A DNA stretch of 61,358 nt, filler included, from Candidatus Omnitrophota bacterium (lineage in GTDB: Bacteria > Omnitrophota > Gorgyraeia > JAGLLT01): NCBI GenBank assembly GCA_023140385.1. It is 4 parts of 4 records of this genome, joined end to end, with 100 filler letters (N's around TTAATTAATTAA, not from the genome) between each part and the next. Parts side by side here need not be neighbours in the genome. Positions count along the whole stretch, not along the records: positions 1 to 14,382 come from JAGLLT010000040.1; positions 14,483 to 38,543 come from JAGLLT010000042.1; 2 more parts are not named here. One strand, given 5' to 3'. This document shows positions 10,039-19,713 of this stretch, one piece after another. The translations under genes were made by a program, and so were the position numbers. The number at the start of each line of letters is the position of its first letter. Position 1 is the stretch's first letter. Below the pieces are notes generated by a model. That model saw only the letters and a list, made by a program, of their open reading frames with translations. It did no database searches and was not told the origin of the DNA.

Positions 10039-11127
10039 ATGAAGCTTATAGATAAACATATCTACCGCGAGTTGATTCCCGCTTTTTTATTCTGCGTAAC
10101 TCTCTTTACATTTTTATTCGTCATTATTGATTTGTTCGCCAACCTTGATGACATTATCAAACAGCAGGTGGGCATTAGGACGCTCATCCAATACTATCTC
10201 TCCTTTCTTCCCTCCGTATTTACCATAATCACCCCAATTTCAATGCTTCTCGCGACCCTCTACAGCCTGGGAACACTAAGCCGCCAGAACGAAATAATGG
10301 CTATGCAGGCCGGCGGAATAAGCACTCTCGCAATAATAACTCCTTTTCTCTTTATGGGCATAATTATAAGCCTGTTGTCCTTTATCGTTGATAGCAAACT
10401 TGTACCCGAAGCTTATGAAACATATATCACTATAAAAAACGAACACATAGAGCGGGGAGATAAGAAAAAAGATAAAGAGATAATCAAAGATGTGGCTCTT
10501 TACGGAGCGGATTACAGAATATTTTACGCTGAAAGCTACAATACAAAAACTGAAACTCTCAATAAATTGATTATTCTACAGCATAACGAAAAAGGAGAAC
10601 TGGTTGGCCGGATTACAGCTGATAAAGCCAAATGGACAGGAATTAAGTGGATTTGCTATAACTGCATCATTCACCGCCTAAGCAGTTCAGGAGCCATTGC
10701 CAGCAGCCCAGCCCTCTTTAAGGAAAAAGCAATCAGGTTACAAGAAAATCCTCGTGACTTTTCTAAATCAAAACATCAAACCCAGTTTATGAGCATTTTT
10801 GAACTCTACAAATATGTACGAAAATTATCAAAAAACGGCTACCGGCCGTTAGGTGTGATTGTTGATTTTCATAATAAAATATCTTTTCCGTTTATCAGTT
10901 TTGTAGTGGTTTTAATAGGCTTACCCTTCGCGCTTATTAAAAACAAGGGAGGGACATTTCTTTACATCGGGGTTGGCCTGGCAATAAGTTTCCTTTATTA
11001 TTTTGTATTAATAGTAAGTGTGTCCCTGGGGAAGGCCGGCCTCTTGCCACCTTTTGTTGCAAGTTGGCTTGCCAATGTTATATTTTCTGTCTCCGGTATA
11101 GTGCTCCTCGCCAAACTGTCCAAATAA
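10039..11127 (+). CDS. lptG: LPS export ABC permease LptG
   Basis: YjgP/YjgQ family: LSRQNEIMAMQAGGIS, LPPFVASWLAN. Confidence 0.85.
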   Translation: MKLIDKHIYRELIPAFLFCVTLFTFLFVIIDLFANLDDIIKQQVGIRTLIQYYLSFLPSVFTIITPISMLLATLYSLGTLSRQNEIMAMQAGGISTLAIITPFLFMGIIISLLSFIVDSKLVPEAYETYITIKNEHIERGDKKKDKEIIKDVALYGADYRIFYAESYNTKTETLNKLIILQHNEKGELVGRITADKAKWTGIKWICYNCIIHRLSSSGAIASSPALFKEKAIRLQENPRDFSKSKHQTQFMSIFELYKYVRKLSKNGYRPLGVIVDFHNKISFPFISFVVVLIGLPFALIKNKGGTFLYIGVGLAISFLYYFVLIVSVSLGKAGLLPPFVASWLANVIFSVSGIVLLAKLSK

Positions 11128-11178
11128 TAAAATGGTTCTTCCTCCAAAATTTGATGCAGAAGGGGAAGAACCATTTTA

Positions 11179-12165
11179 TTATATTGCCAGAATTTTCATC
11201 AAATCATATAGACTGGTATCTATTCTGGAAACAGCTTTAACAGCTGTACTTAGACTGACGGCTTTTAATCTATTCGCTTCAACGGCTACCGTTTTATCGG
11301 TTTTGCCGGCTAAAAGCAGGTCAATTGCATAGGCGCCGAACCTTGAAGCCAGCACCCGGTCAAAGGCGCTAGGAATGCCGCCTCTCTGAACGTGCCCTAA
11401 AACTACCACTCTGGTTTCAAAACCTGTCTTTATAGAAATGGCACCGGCTACATCCTCTGCCTTCCCGGCACCTTCAGCAACCACTATAATCCAGCTTATT
11501 TTGCCTATCTTTCTACCCTCTTTAATATCCTCACACATCCGGTCAATATCAAAACTCATCTCCGGCAGCAAAACATCCTCCGCCCCGCCGGCTAAAGCAA
11601 CGTGCAGAGCAATAAAACCCTCAGAGCGCCCCATTACTTCAATAACAAATATGCGCTCCATACTGGTAGCGGTATCCCTAATCTTATCTATCGCTTCCAG
11701 GGCAACGTTAACGGCCGTAAAAGAGCCGATGGTAAAGTCACTTCCGTTAATATCATTATCTATGGTAGCCGGCACTCCAATCGTCGGAATACCCCAGACA
11801 GAACTTAGCTTATGAGCCGCCCTAAAAGAACCATCTCCTCCGATAACAATCATACCGTCAATTTTGTTTTTATGTATGACACTTACGGCCTTTTTCTGCC
11901 AGCTCTTTTCCTTAAATTCCGGAAATCTATCCGTCTTTAAGATAGTGCCGCCCCGTCCTACAATATTGCTGACAGAACGCCTGCCTAACCTGACAGACTC
12001 ATTTCTTACCAGCCCTTTGTAGGCGCGATAAAATCCAATTGTCTCCACATTATGATAAAGGGCGCATCTGACGACGCTTCTCAGGGCGGCATTCATTCCT
12101 GAACAGTCACCGCCGCTGGTAATAACTCCGATTCTCTTTATCTTTCTCATTGTTTTATCATCCAC
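11179..12165 (-). CDS. pfkA: ATP-dependent 6-phosphofructokinase
   Basis: TSGGDCSGMN, IGGDGS, PATIDND, EVMGR, LGHVQRGG; true start may be 12150. Confidence 0.95.
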   Translation of the reverse strand: MDDKTMRKIKRIGVITSGGDCSGMNAALRSVVRCALYHNVETIGFYRAYKGLVRNESVRLGRRSVSNIVGRGGTILKTDRFPEFKEKSWQKKAVSVIHKNKIDGMIVIGGDGSFRAAHKLSSVWGIPTIGVPATIDNDINGSDFTIGSFTAVNVALEAIDKIRDTATSMERIFVIEVMGRSEGFIALHVALAGGAEDVLLPEMSFDIDRMCEDIKEGRKIGKISWIIVVAEGAGKAEDVAGAISIKTGFETRVVVLGHVQRGGIPSAFDRVLASRFGAYAIDLLLAGKTDKTVAVEANRLKAVSLSTAVKAVSRIDTSLYDLMKILAI

Positions 12166-12175
12166 AATCCTATCT

Positions 12176-12293
12176 AAATCCTAAATTCTAAATAAATTCT
12201 AATTTCTAAATTTTAATTTCTAAACATTGTTTTGAATTTTGCATTTTGGACATTTGGCATTGTTTAGTATTTAGTATTTTGCGTTTAGGATTT
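12176..12293. repeat. imperfect long inverted repeat built from ~7-nt units
   Basis: AAATCCTAAA/TTCTAAA units on the left, TTTAGTA/TTTAGGATTT units on the right. Confidence 0.7.
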
Positions 12294-12302
12294 ATTGTTT
12301 AT

Positions 12303-13559
12303 TTACGTTCCTAACTGCCAGGAGGCTAAATACTCTTTTTGCTCTTGTGTTAATGTATCTATTTGGACACCCATAGCCTTTAATTTTAGGCGGGCAACCT
12401 TCTCGTCGATATTAAGTGGCACTTTATAGACCTGTTTTTTCAAACGGCCCGCGTTTTTCTTAATAAACTCCGAAGTCAGGGCTTGGTTTGCAAAACTCAT
12501 ATCCATAACACTGGCCGGATGGCCTTCAGCCGCGGCCAGGTTAATAAGCCGGCCGTCTCCCAGAACATTTACGCGCCGGCCGTTTTTAAGCGTGTATTCA
12601 TTAACAAATTGCTTCATTTTTCTTGTTTTCTTACTCATTTTTTTAAGGCCTTTGACATTTATCTCAACGTCAAAATGGCCTGAATTAGCTACTATAGCGC
12701 CATCTTTCATTTTAATGAAATGCTTTGTATCAATAACATTTATATCTCCGGTAGTTGAAAGGAAAACATCGCCCTCTTTGGCCGCGCAATCTATGGGCAT
12801 TACCCGATAGCCATCCATTACGGCTTCTAACGCTTTTAGAGGGTCTACCTCGCAAACTATTACATTTGCCCCCATGCCGCTGGCTCTCATCGCGACACCC
12901 CTGCCGCACCAGCCATAGCCGCAAACCACAAACTTACATCCGGAAAGCAGCACGTTTGTCGCTCTTAGGATACCGTCAATAGTTGACTGCCCCGTTCCAT
13001 ACCTGTTGTCAAAAAAATGTTTTGTCTGAGCGTCATTAATAGCAAAAACGGGAAAAAGCAAAAGGCCCTTTTTCTCCAGGCTTCTTAGCCGGATAACTCC
13101 CGTTGTTGTCTCTTCCGTGCCGGCCAGAATGTATTCCGCCAGATTCTGTCTTTTTTTGTGAATCATCGAAACCAAATCAGCCCCGTCATCCATTGTGATG
13201 TTGGGCTTCGCGTCAAGAACCGCGTTTATATGAGAGTAATAGCGCTTGTTATCCTCACCGTTAACCGCGAAGGTCGGAATTTTATAGTCTTTTACCAAAG
13301 AAGCTGTTACTGAATCCTGAGTGCTTAAGGGGTTTGAAGCGCACAGCCGCACATCCGCGCCGCCGGCCTTCAGTGTAATAGCCAGGTTGGCAGTCTCGGT
13401 TGTTACATGCAAACAGCAAGCTATCACGGTTCCCTTAAGAGGCTTTTCCTTTTTAAATCTTTCTCTGATTAATCTTAGTACAGGCATACGCTCTTCGGCC
13501 CATTCAATTCTTAATTTGCCTTCTTTCGCCAGTTTTAAATCTTTAATATCATACTTCAT
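12303..13559 (-). CDS. ahcY: adenosylhomocysteinase
   Basis: [51 protein letters not shown]. Confidence 0.97.
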   Translation of the reverse strand: MKYDIKDLKLAKEGKLRIEWAEERMPVLRLIRERFKKEKPLKGTVIACCLHVTTETANLAITLKAGGADVRLCASNPLSTQDSVTASLVKDYKIPTFAVNGEDNKRYYSHINAVLDAKPNITMDDGADLVSMIHKKRQNLAEYILAGTEETTTGVIRLRSLEKKGLLLFPVFAINDAQTKHFFDNRYGTGQSTIDGILRATNVLLSGCKFVVCGYGWCGRGVAMRASGMGANVIVCEVDPLKALEAVMDGYRVMPIDCAAKEGDVFLSTTGDINVIDTKHFIKMKDGAIVANSGHFDVEINVKGLKKMSKKTRKMKQFVNEYTLKNGRRVNVLGDGRLINLAAAEGHPASVMDMSFANQALTSEFIKKNAGRLKKQVYKVPLNIDEKVARLKLKAMGVQIDTLTQEQKEYLASWQLGT

Positions 13560-13578
13560 ATCTATTCCCTTTCGTTAA

Positions 13579-14382
13579 TTACGCTTGTTTTTTTAAAGCT
13601 GCGGCTTTGTCAGTTTCTTCCCAGCTAAACCCTTCTTCTTCTCTGCCAAAATGGCCATAGGCCGCCGTTTTCTTGTATATTGGGCGCCTCAGGTGAAGCT
13701 CTTCAATTATTCCGCCAGGTGACATATCAAAATTATTCCAGACAAGCTTTTTTATCTGGCTGTCAGAAATTTTACCGGTGCCAAAGGTGTTAATCATCAG
13801 TGATACGGGCTGGACGACCCCTATGGCGTAAGCCAGCTGAATCTCACACTTTTCACACAGTCCGGCCGCTACCACGTTTTTTGCTATATATCTGGCGTAG
13901 TACGACGCGGACCTGTCTACCTTGCTGGGATCTTTGCCGGAGAAAGCGCCGCCGCCATGACTTCCCACACCACCGTAGGTATCAACGATAATCTTTCTTC
14001 CGGTAACACCTGTATCGGCCAATGGCCCGCCAACGGCAAATCTGCCGGTAGGATTAATAAATATCTTTGTCTTGTCGTCCCTTAAATCCGCCGGGATTAT
14101 TTTATCTATTACCAGAGCCTTCAGGTCTTTTCTAATATCTTCTATCTTTGTTCTGGGGCAGTGATGAGCGCTTAACACTACCGCCTCAATCCTTTTGGGC
14201 TTTCCGTTTAAATATTCAACTGTTACCTGGGATTTACCGTCAGGTCTTAAATAACCGACCTTCTTTTCTTTGCGTATCTTACTTAACTGCCGCGTTAACT
14301 TATGAGCCAGCATAATAGGCAGCGGCATCAGCTCTTTAGTCTCATTCGCGGCATAACCAAACATCATTCCCTGGTCACCTGC
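13579..14382 (-). CDS. metK: S-adenosylmethionine synthetase (5' part lost at contig edge)
   Basis: [33 protein letters not shown]. Confidence 0.97.
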   Translation of the reverse strand, partial: AGDQGMMFGYAANETKELMPLPIMLAHKLTRQLSKIRKEKKVGYLRPDGKSQVTVEYLNGKPKRIEAVVLSAHHCPRTKIEDIRKDLKALVIDKIIPADLRDDKTKIFINPTGRFAVGGPLADTGVTGRKIIVDTYGGVGSHGGGAFSGKDPSKVDRSASYYARYIAKNVVAAGLCEKCEIQLAYAIGVVQPVSLMINTFGTGKISDSQIKKLVWNNFDMSPGGIIEELHLRRPIYKKTAAYGHFGREEEGFSWEETDKAAALKKQA

Positions 14383-14482
14383 NNNNNNNNNNNNNNNNNN
14401 NNNNNNNNNNNNNNNNNNNNNNNNNNTTAATTAATTAANNNNNNNNNNNNNNNNNNNNNNNNNNNNNNNNNNNNNNNNNNNN
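14383..14482. other. artificial contig spacer
   Basis: N-run with central TTAATTAATTAA (stops in all frames). Confidence 0.98.
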
Positions 14483-14713
14483 GGATATCTGACTGATGGT
14501 TTTAGCCGGTATTGTGAGAAAAAAGGACTGATAATAGAGCACGTACATACAAGCGGACACGCGACAATAGAAGATTTGCAGGCGTTCGCTAAGGCGTTAA
14601 ATCCCCGGAAGTTAATTCCGATACATACGTTTGAATCGGAAAGATATTCAGATTTATTTGAGAATGTAGAGATTATTAAAGATGAAGAGGCTATAGAGCT
14701 TAAAACGCCATAA
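14483..14713 (+). CDS. C-terminal part of a beta-CASP metallo-beta-lactamase (RNase J-like) nuclease
   Basis: Manual translation GYLTDGF...HVHTSGHAT...NPRKLIPIHT...*; not in ORF track. Confidence 0.85.
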   Translation, partial: GYLTDGFSRYCEKKGLIIEHVHTSGHATIEDLQAFAKALNPRKLIPIHTFESERYSDLFENVEIIKDEEAIELKTP

Positions 14714-14892
14714 ATCCTTTTAGGTTTGACGGTTGATTTTTTGTTTTGGAGCTTATCTTATTTTCAGCAGTAATCACGCGACCCGTAGTTAAAAAGCTCT
14801 TGTGTTTATTGCATAATAGGTATATATTACTCTTCAGAGGTATATTGAGGTAAGTGCTTTTTTCTCCATTTTAAAGGAAAAGGAGAAGGTTT

Positions 14893-16386
14893 GTGGACAA
14901 AAAAACGGAAGGCGTTAGTGTAAGAAGAGAGTCTGATGTTCCGTCTATTTTATCAAAGATACTACATGATAAAAAGATGATAAAAAGGATATTATTTACG
15001 TTAGGTATAGTGATTGTCTATAAATTATTGACATTTATGCCAATCCCGGGCATTGATATTGAAGCTCTGCGCGCGTCGTTTAATAATTCTGACAATATTG
15101 CGAGAATAAACATTTTTAATGCCGGGGAACTGCGAAGAGTATCAATTTGCGCTTTGGGCCTTATGCCGTATTTCTCTTCTTGTATACTAATTATGATATT
15201 AGGCGCTGTTATTCCGTTCTTTAAAAGATGTTATGCCATGGGAGGGCAAAAAGGTAGAGAGAAGATTGTCAAGAGTACCTATTATTTGACTATCGCGTTG
15301 AGTCTCGTGCAAGGCTATTTTATTAGTCAATGGTTAGAGTCAGCTAACTTTGGCGGCCTTAGTATGGTTATTTCGCCGGGATGGGGTTTTAGAATTATAA
15401 CGGTTTTTTCCTTAACGGCAGGGGTCTTCTTGCTATTATGGTTAGCTAGATTGATAAATGATCATGGTATTGGAAATGGTGTAGCCATTTTAGTACTGTT
15501 TGGAATAGTTCCAAAATTTCTTATTATAATTGGCCAATTTGTTCAACGTGATTTAGCCGGTGGTCAGTTATTCTTTTTGTTAGTAACATTTATCGCTTCC
15601 ATAGCGGTTACGTGGCTGATGTCAACATCAACCCAAAAAGTACCTATTATTTACAATAATTCAAATATAAAAAATTCGATCACATTGCGTTTTAGCTGGA
15701 CAGGTAAAGCTCCTATAGGATTCGCGCAGGTAGTAATTTTTTTTCCGGTAACGATAGCGGCTTTCTGCCCTTGGTTAAATAAATTTGCCACACTAATCTC
15801 ACATGGTGGATGGTTGTATACGATATTGTATTCTATCTCGATTTTATTTTTCGCATATTTCTTAATAGCGGTACTTTTTAGGCCGCGAGAAATAAGCGAT
15901 AAAATGAAAAAGCATGGCTGTCAGATTGAAAATGTGGCATTGGGCAGGGAGACAGCAGAATATTTAAATTCTAAGATGAATAGAAATACAATAGTAACAG
16001 CATTATTTTTGATAGCTGTAGGCATATTGCCGAGTATATATAGTAAGACTGTGTGCAGCGTTTCATATCTAACTATTACTTTTATTAGCTATGCAACTCT
16101 TGTAGTAATAGTAGGAATATTTTATGATTTAAAATGCCAGATAGAGTCTTATTTCGCGATGAAGGAGTCTGATAAAGGCGAGTGGGGCGTTGCTTACGTC
16201 GCGCTTGATGAAATCGAAGCAGAAATTAAAAAGGGATTTCTTGAAACCAAGGACATCCCATGTGTCATAGAACCGTTAAGATTTACCTGGGGTATGCCCA
16301 TAAGAACCGCGGTTGATCAGTATAGATTATATGTTCCGAGTAAAAAACAAGAAGAAGCGGTAAAAATATTAGTACAAAATAGCTAA
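14893..16386 (+). CDS. divergent SecY paralog with C-terminal DUF2007-like domain
   Basis: RILFTLG..P.PGID, SICALGLMPY, GIGNG, G..TAEYL SecY motifs; extra ~80-aa tail EIEAEIKKGFLE..DIPC...RLYVP...EEA. Confidence 0.8.
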   Translation: MDKKTEGVSVRRESDVPSILSKILHDKKMIKRILFTLGIVIVYKLLTFMPIPGIDIEALRASFNNSDNIARINIFNAGELRRVSICALGLMPYFSSCILIMILGAVIPFFKRCYAMGGQKGREKIVKSTYYLTIALSLVQGYFISQWLESANFGGLSMVISPGWGFRIITVFSLTAGVFLLLWLARLINDHGIGNGVAILVLFGIVPKFLIIIGQFVQRDLAGGQLFFLLVTFIASIAVTWLMSTSTQKVPIIYNNSNIKNSITLRFSWTGKAPIGFAQVVIFFPVTIAAFCPWLNKFATLISHGGWLYTILYSISILFFAYFLIAVLFRPREISDKMKKHGCQIENVALGRETAEYLNSKMNRNTIVTALFLIAVGILPSIYSKTVCSVSYLTITFISYATLVVIVGIFYDLKCQIESYFAMKESDKGEWGVAYVALDEIEAEIKKGFLETKDIPCVIEPLRFTWGMPIRTAVDQYRLYVPSKKQEEAVKILVQNS

Positions 16387-16405
16387 ATTCAAAAAAAGGT
16401 AACTC

Positions 16406-16609
16406 GTGGACAGAAAAAAATTAGGTAAAAAGATCAAGTTAGCCCGCGTAGAGCTCGACTTAACCCAAACCCAACTTGCTCAAAAAATCAAAGCAAAGCA
16501 GAAAAGTATCTCCCGCTATGAAACAGGAGCAACTTCACCATCCATAAAAACTTTAGTAAAAATCGCAAAGGTGCTCAAAAAATCAGCAGGGCATTTTTTG
16601 GATGAGTGA
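16406..16609 (+). CDS. Xre-family HTH regulator
   Basis: LGKKIKLAR..LTQ.QLA......ISRYETG...PS. Confidence 0.9.
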   Translation: MDRKKLGKKIKLARVELDLTQTQLAQKIKAKQKSISRYETGATSPSIKTLVKIAKVLKKSAGHFLDE

Positions 16610-16672
16610 AGATAGAATATGGCCCTAATTTTCATTACTTGACAACTCTAAAAGTATGGTATGCACTTTAAG

Positions 16673-16694
16673 TGTGGCGACATTTGTTGCCACA
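16673..16694. promoter_or_regulatory. palindromic operator upstream of the TA pair
   Basis: TGTGGCGACA-TT-TGTTGCCACA, just upstream of the AGGAGG RBS. Confidence 0.55.
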
Positions 16695-16713
16695 TAATAA
16701 AAAGGAGGTCATC

Positions 16714-17022
16714 ATGAGCGCGGTAATTGATTTAATAAAAGCGGAGCATGTAGGGGTAAGAGAATTAAGAGATCACTTGTGTGGATTTATGAAAGACAAA
16801 AAACCGGCCATAGTGGTAACCGAAAGAGGGAAGCCGGTAAGGGTAATTGTGCCTTACGCGAAGATGGTTGAATTGCTGGAATTCTTCGATGAAGTTTCAG
16901 ATCCGAATACTATGAGAAATATCCATGAAGGTATAGAGGCAATTAAACGAGGTTCCAAAGGCGCTTCTTTTTCAGGAACTTATAAAAAATATCATTCAGT
17001 GGGTCAAGCGGTAAAAAAATGA
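16714..17022 (+). CDS. Phd/YefM family antitoxin
   Basis: VGVRELRD.L......IVVTERGKPV; overlaps the toxin start. Confidence 0.8.
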   Translation: MSAVIDLIKAEHVGVRELRDHLCGFMKDKKPAIVVTERGKPVRVIVPYAKMVELLEFFDEVSDPNTMRNIHEGIEAIKRGSKGASFSGTYKKYHSVGQAVKK

Positions 17023-17372
17023 ACTACGATATTAGATACCCAACACCAAGGCTGAAAAGATATTTTGACGAATTTCTGCAAAAAAGGATCCATCATAAAA
17101 ATCAGAGGAAAAAAATAGTAGATGAAGTAGGCGCTCTCAGGGGCAATCCTAGGCCATTTCATAAGCCAGAAGGCGATGGTTTGGCTTCCGATAGCCAAAG
17201 CCACAAGAAAGGGTTTACGGAAATCAAACCACCAATACCTGTTTCTTATCATTTAGCGGAATACAGATTAAAAATTGGGGATTATCGGGTTTTGTATAAC
17301 GTAGATGATAAGCAGAAGATCGTCTGGATATTAGATATAAGATTACGCGCGGAGAAAACTTATAGAGGATAG
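17019..17372 (+). CDS. RelE/ParE family toxin
   Basis: L..NPRP, YRLKIGDYRVLYNVDD...V.IL.I..R...Y. Confidence 0.85.
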   Translation: MNYDIRYPTPRLKRYFDEFLQKRIHHKNQRKKIVDEVGALRGNPRPFHKPEGDGLASDSQSHKKGFTEIKPPIPVSYHLAEYRLKIGDYRVLYNVDDKQKIVWILDIRLRAEKTYRG

Positions 17373-17481
17373 AAAAGAAGAGGTAAAGGTGTCTGTCCCC
17401 GGAATACCAAAGAAAAATACAGGCGTTTTGAAAATTGTTAGGGAAACTGTCCCCTCAGTTGAACCTTCCATATAAGTTTCC

Positions 17482-17766
17482 TTGAAAAGGCATACAATGA
17501 TTGATAATAAACATAAAGACCCGCTTCATGGCGTTACTTTGAAGATGATTCTCACGCACCTGGTTGAAAAATGTGGGTGGGAAGAGATGTCTAAAAGAAT
17601 CAAGATAGGCTGCTTTACAAAGGATCCTAGCATCAAGTCCAGCCTGATTTTTCTGAGGAGAACCCCATGGGCCAGAAAAAAAGTAGAGAACTTGTACTGT
17701 AGAGAAATTGGGGCCGGGCCCCTGAACGATACGCCCTGTCCCCATATTTCGCGAGAAGGAAAATGA
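17482..17766 (+). CDS. VF530/DUF2132 family DNA-binding protein
   Basis: DPLHGVTL..IL..LV...GWE....I.I.CF..DPSIKSSL.FLRRTPWAR.KVE; start may be 17497. Confidence 0.85.
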   Translation: MKRHTMIDNKHKDPLHGVTLKMILTHLVEKCGWEEMSKRIKIGCFTKDPSIKSSLIFLRRTPWARKKVENLYCREIGAGPLNDTPCPHISREGK

Positions 17767-18386
17767 AAAAAATAGATTTTCACAGAAATGCAATATCAAA
17801 AGATGAAATAAATGTTCTGCCGCTTAAATCTTATACTGGTTCTATTCATGTGATAGATTCGGACGCGAAGATGAGCGCGGCCGTGCAAGTTCTCGGTGGT
17901 GAGAAAATCCTGGGTTTTGATACAGAGACGAGACCCGTTTTTAAGAAAGGCGAATCTTATCCGCCTTCACTTATCCAGCTTGCCGCGAGTGACGGGGTAT
18001 ATATATTCCAGCTAAGACATATCAATTCTTACGAACCGCTTATCAATATTTTGGCTGATAAGAAGGTGCTAAGAGTGGGTGTTGCAGTAAGCGATGATAT
18101 AGAGAAACTGAATAATTTATTTCCTCTTGAGCCCTCAGGGTTTATCGACCTAGCAGGCTTGACGGCCAAAGCGGGAATAAAAAACGCGGGGCTGCGCGGC
18201 CTGGCTGCCCTATTATTAGGTTTCAGGATATCTAAACAGATGCAGTGCTCCCGTTGGGATGCGCCGAAGCTTGCACCTGCACAAATAGTGTATGCGGCTA
18301 CTGATGCGTGGATATGCAGAAATATATATTTTGCGCTGCTGGGCATATTACGCAAAAAAAGGACCCAAGCCAAAGGCACACTATGA
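17763..18386 (+). CDS. DEDDy 3'-5' exonuclease (WRN/RNase D-like)
   Basis: GFDTETRP, LIQLA, S.W....L...Q..YAATDA. Confidence 0.9.
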   Translation: MKKIDFHRNAISKDEINVLPLKSYTGSIHVIDSDAKMSAAVQVLGGEKILGFDTETRPVFKKGESYPPSLIQLAASDGVYIFQLRHINSYEPLINILADKKVLRVGVAVSDDIEKLNNLFPLEPSGFIDLAGLTAKAGIKNAGLRGLAALLLGFRISKQMQCSRWDAPKLAPAQIVYAATDAWICRNIYFALLGILRKKRTQAKGTL

Positions 18387-19705
18387 AACTCTATGCTGAT
18401 AAAACAATAACGAAAGATTATCTCCCAGCGTATCTTGATATAAACGATGAATTCAAATCAACATTTGATCTTATGGAGTATACCAAGGAATGCCTTTTTA
18501 TCACAGGTAAAGCGGGTACCGGTAAATCGACCCTTCTAAAATATTTTAAGGCCAATACCGGTAAAAAGATAATAGTGTTAGCCCCTACTGGTGTCGCGGC
18601 CATTAATGTAGGTGGCCAGACTGTTCATTCCTTTTTTAGACTTCCTCCAAAGATTATTCAAAAGGATGCTATAAAGCGCCTTAGAGATAAGAGCCTGCTA
18701 AAGAATCTCGATATGGTAATAATAGATGAGGTGTCGATGGTTCGATCAGATCTTATGGATGGGATCGACTATGCATTACGATTAAACCGCGGTAAAATGA
18801 AGGTGCCGTTTGGTGGAATCCAAATGGTATTTTTTGGAGATCTTTTCCAGCTATCTCCTGTGGTAGAGAATGAAGCAAGGCAGCTTCTGGAAGAACGATA
18901 TTCGAGTCCTTATTTTTTCAGCGCTAAAGTGTTTGACGATTGTCATATCCGAGCTGTCGAACTGTCGACTATATATAGACAAAAAGATACTTCATTTATG
19001 GAGCTCTTAAACAGGGTCAGGAATAAAGAGCATGTTGAAGAGGATCTGGATACATTAAATAAGAGGGTCTGTAAAGATGCCACAGCTTCTAAAAAAGATA
19101 CGACGGTGATCCTGACAACGACTAACATCTTGGCAAATACAATAAACCAAGATCGTTTATCAAAACTTTCCGGCAAAGAGATGACGTATGAGGCTAAGGT
19201 ATTTGGGAAGTTTGACGAGTCAACATATCCTACAAACGCATCCTTAAAACTCAAAAAGGGCGCGCAGGTAATATTGTTAAAAAATGATCCTGACAAAAGA
19301 TGGGTAAACGGTACGCTTGCCAAAGTTATCGCTTTATCGAAAGATTCGATAGTCGTGGATATCAACGGGCTTTCATATGATGTCTCTGCTGTGAAGTGGC
19401 AAAAGATCAAATATAGTTATAATGAGGATGAGGATAAGATAGAAACTGAGGTTGTGGGGGATTTTGCGCAATATCCCATAAAGTTGGCTTGGGCCATAAC
19501 TATTCACAAGAGCCAAGGCCAGACATTCGACAAGGTTATTATCGACATGGGGCATGGCGCATTTACTCACGGCCAATTGTATGTCGCGCTTAGCAGGTGC
19601 ACCTGCATGGACGGCATAAAACTTAAACGGCCGGTGACTCACAGCGATATTATATTTGACCAACGCATTTATCGGTACAATAGCCGATTTGCCAACCTAT
19701 TTTAA
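18383..19705 (+). CDS. Pif1-family SF1B helicase
   Basis: TGKAGTGKS, APTGVAA, IIDEVSMV, PFGG.Q..FGD.FQL, QYPIKLAWAITIHKSQG, GQLYVALSR. Confidence 0.92.
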   Translation: MKLYADKTITKDYLPAYLDINDEFKSTFDLMEYTKECLFITGKAGTGKSTLLKYFKANTGKKIIVLAPTGVAAINVGGQTVHSFFRLPPKIIQKDAIKRLRDKSLLKNLDMVIIDEVSMVRSDLMDGIDYALRLNRGKMKVPFGGIQMVFFGDLFQLSPVVENEARQLLEERYSSPYFFSAKVFDDCHIRAVELSTIYRQKDTSFMELLNRVRNKEHVEEDLDTLNKRVCKDATASKKDTTVILTTTNILANTINQDRLSKLSGKEMTYEAKVFGKFDESTYPTNASLKLKKGAQVILLKNDPDKRWVNGTLAKVIALSKDSIVVDINGLSYDVSAVKWQKIKYSYNEDEDKIETEVVGDFAQYPIKLAWAITIHKSQGQTFDKVIIDMGHGAFTHGQLYVALSRCTCMDGIKLKRPVTHSDIIFDQRIYRYNSRFANLF

Positions 19706-19713
19706 AAAAATCT

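Noticed and set aside
14383..14482. TTAATTAATTAA palindrome in N-runs (also 38544-38643 and 47431-47530)
   Set aside because: Artificial linker; gene adjacency across these gaps is meaningless, and truncated metK, tex, typA, hcp and radC are not pseudogenes
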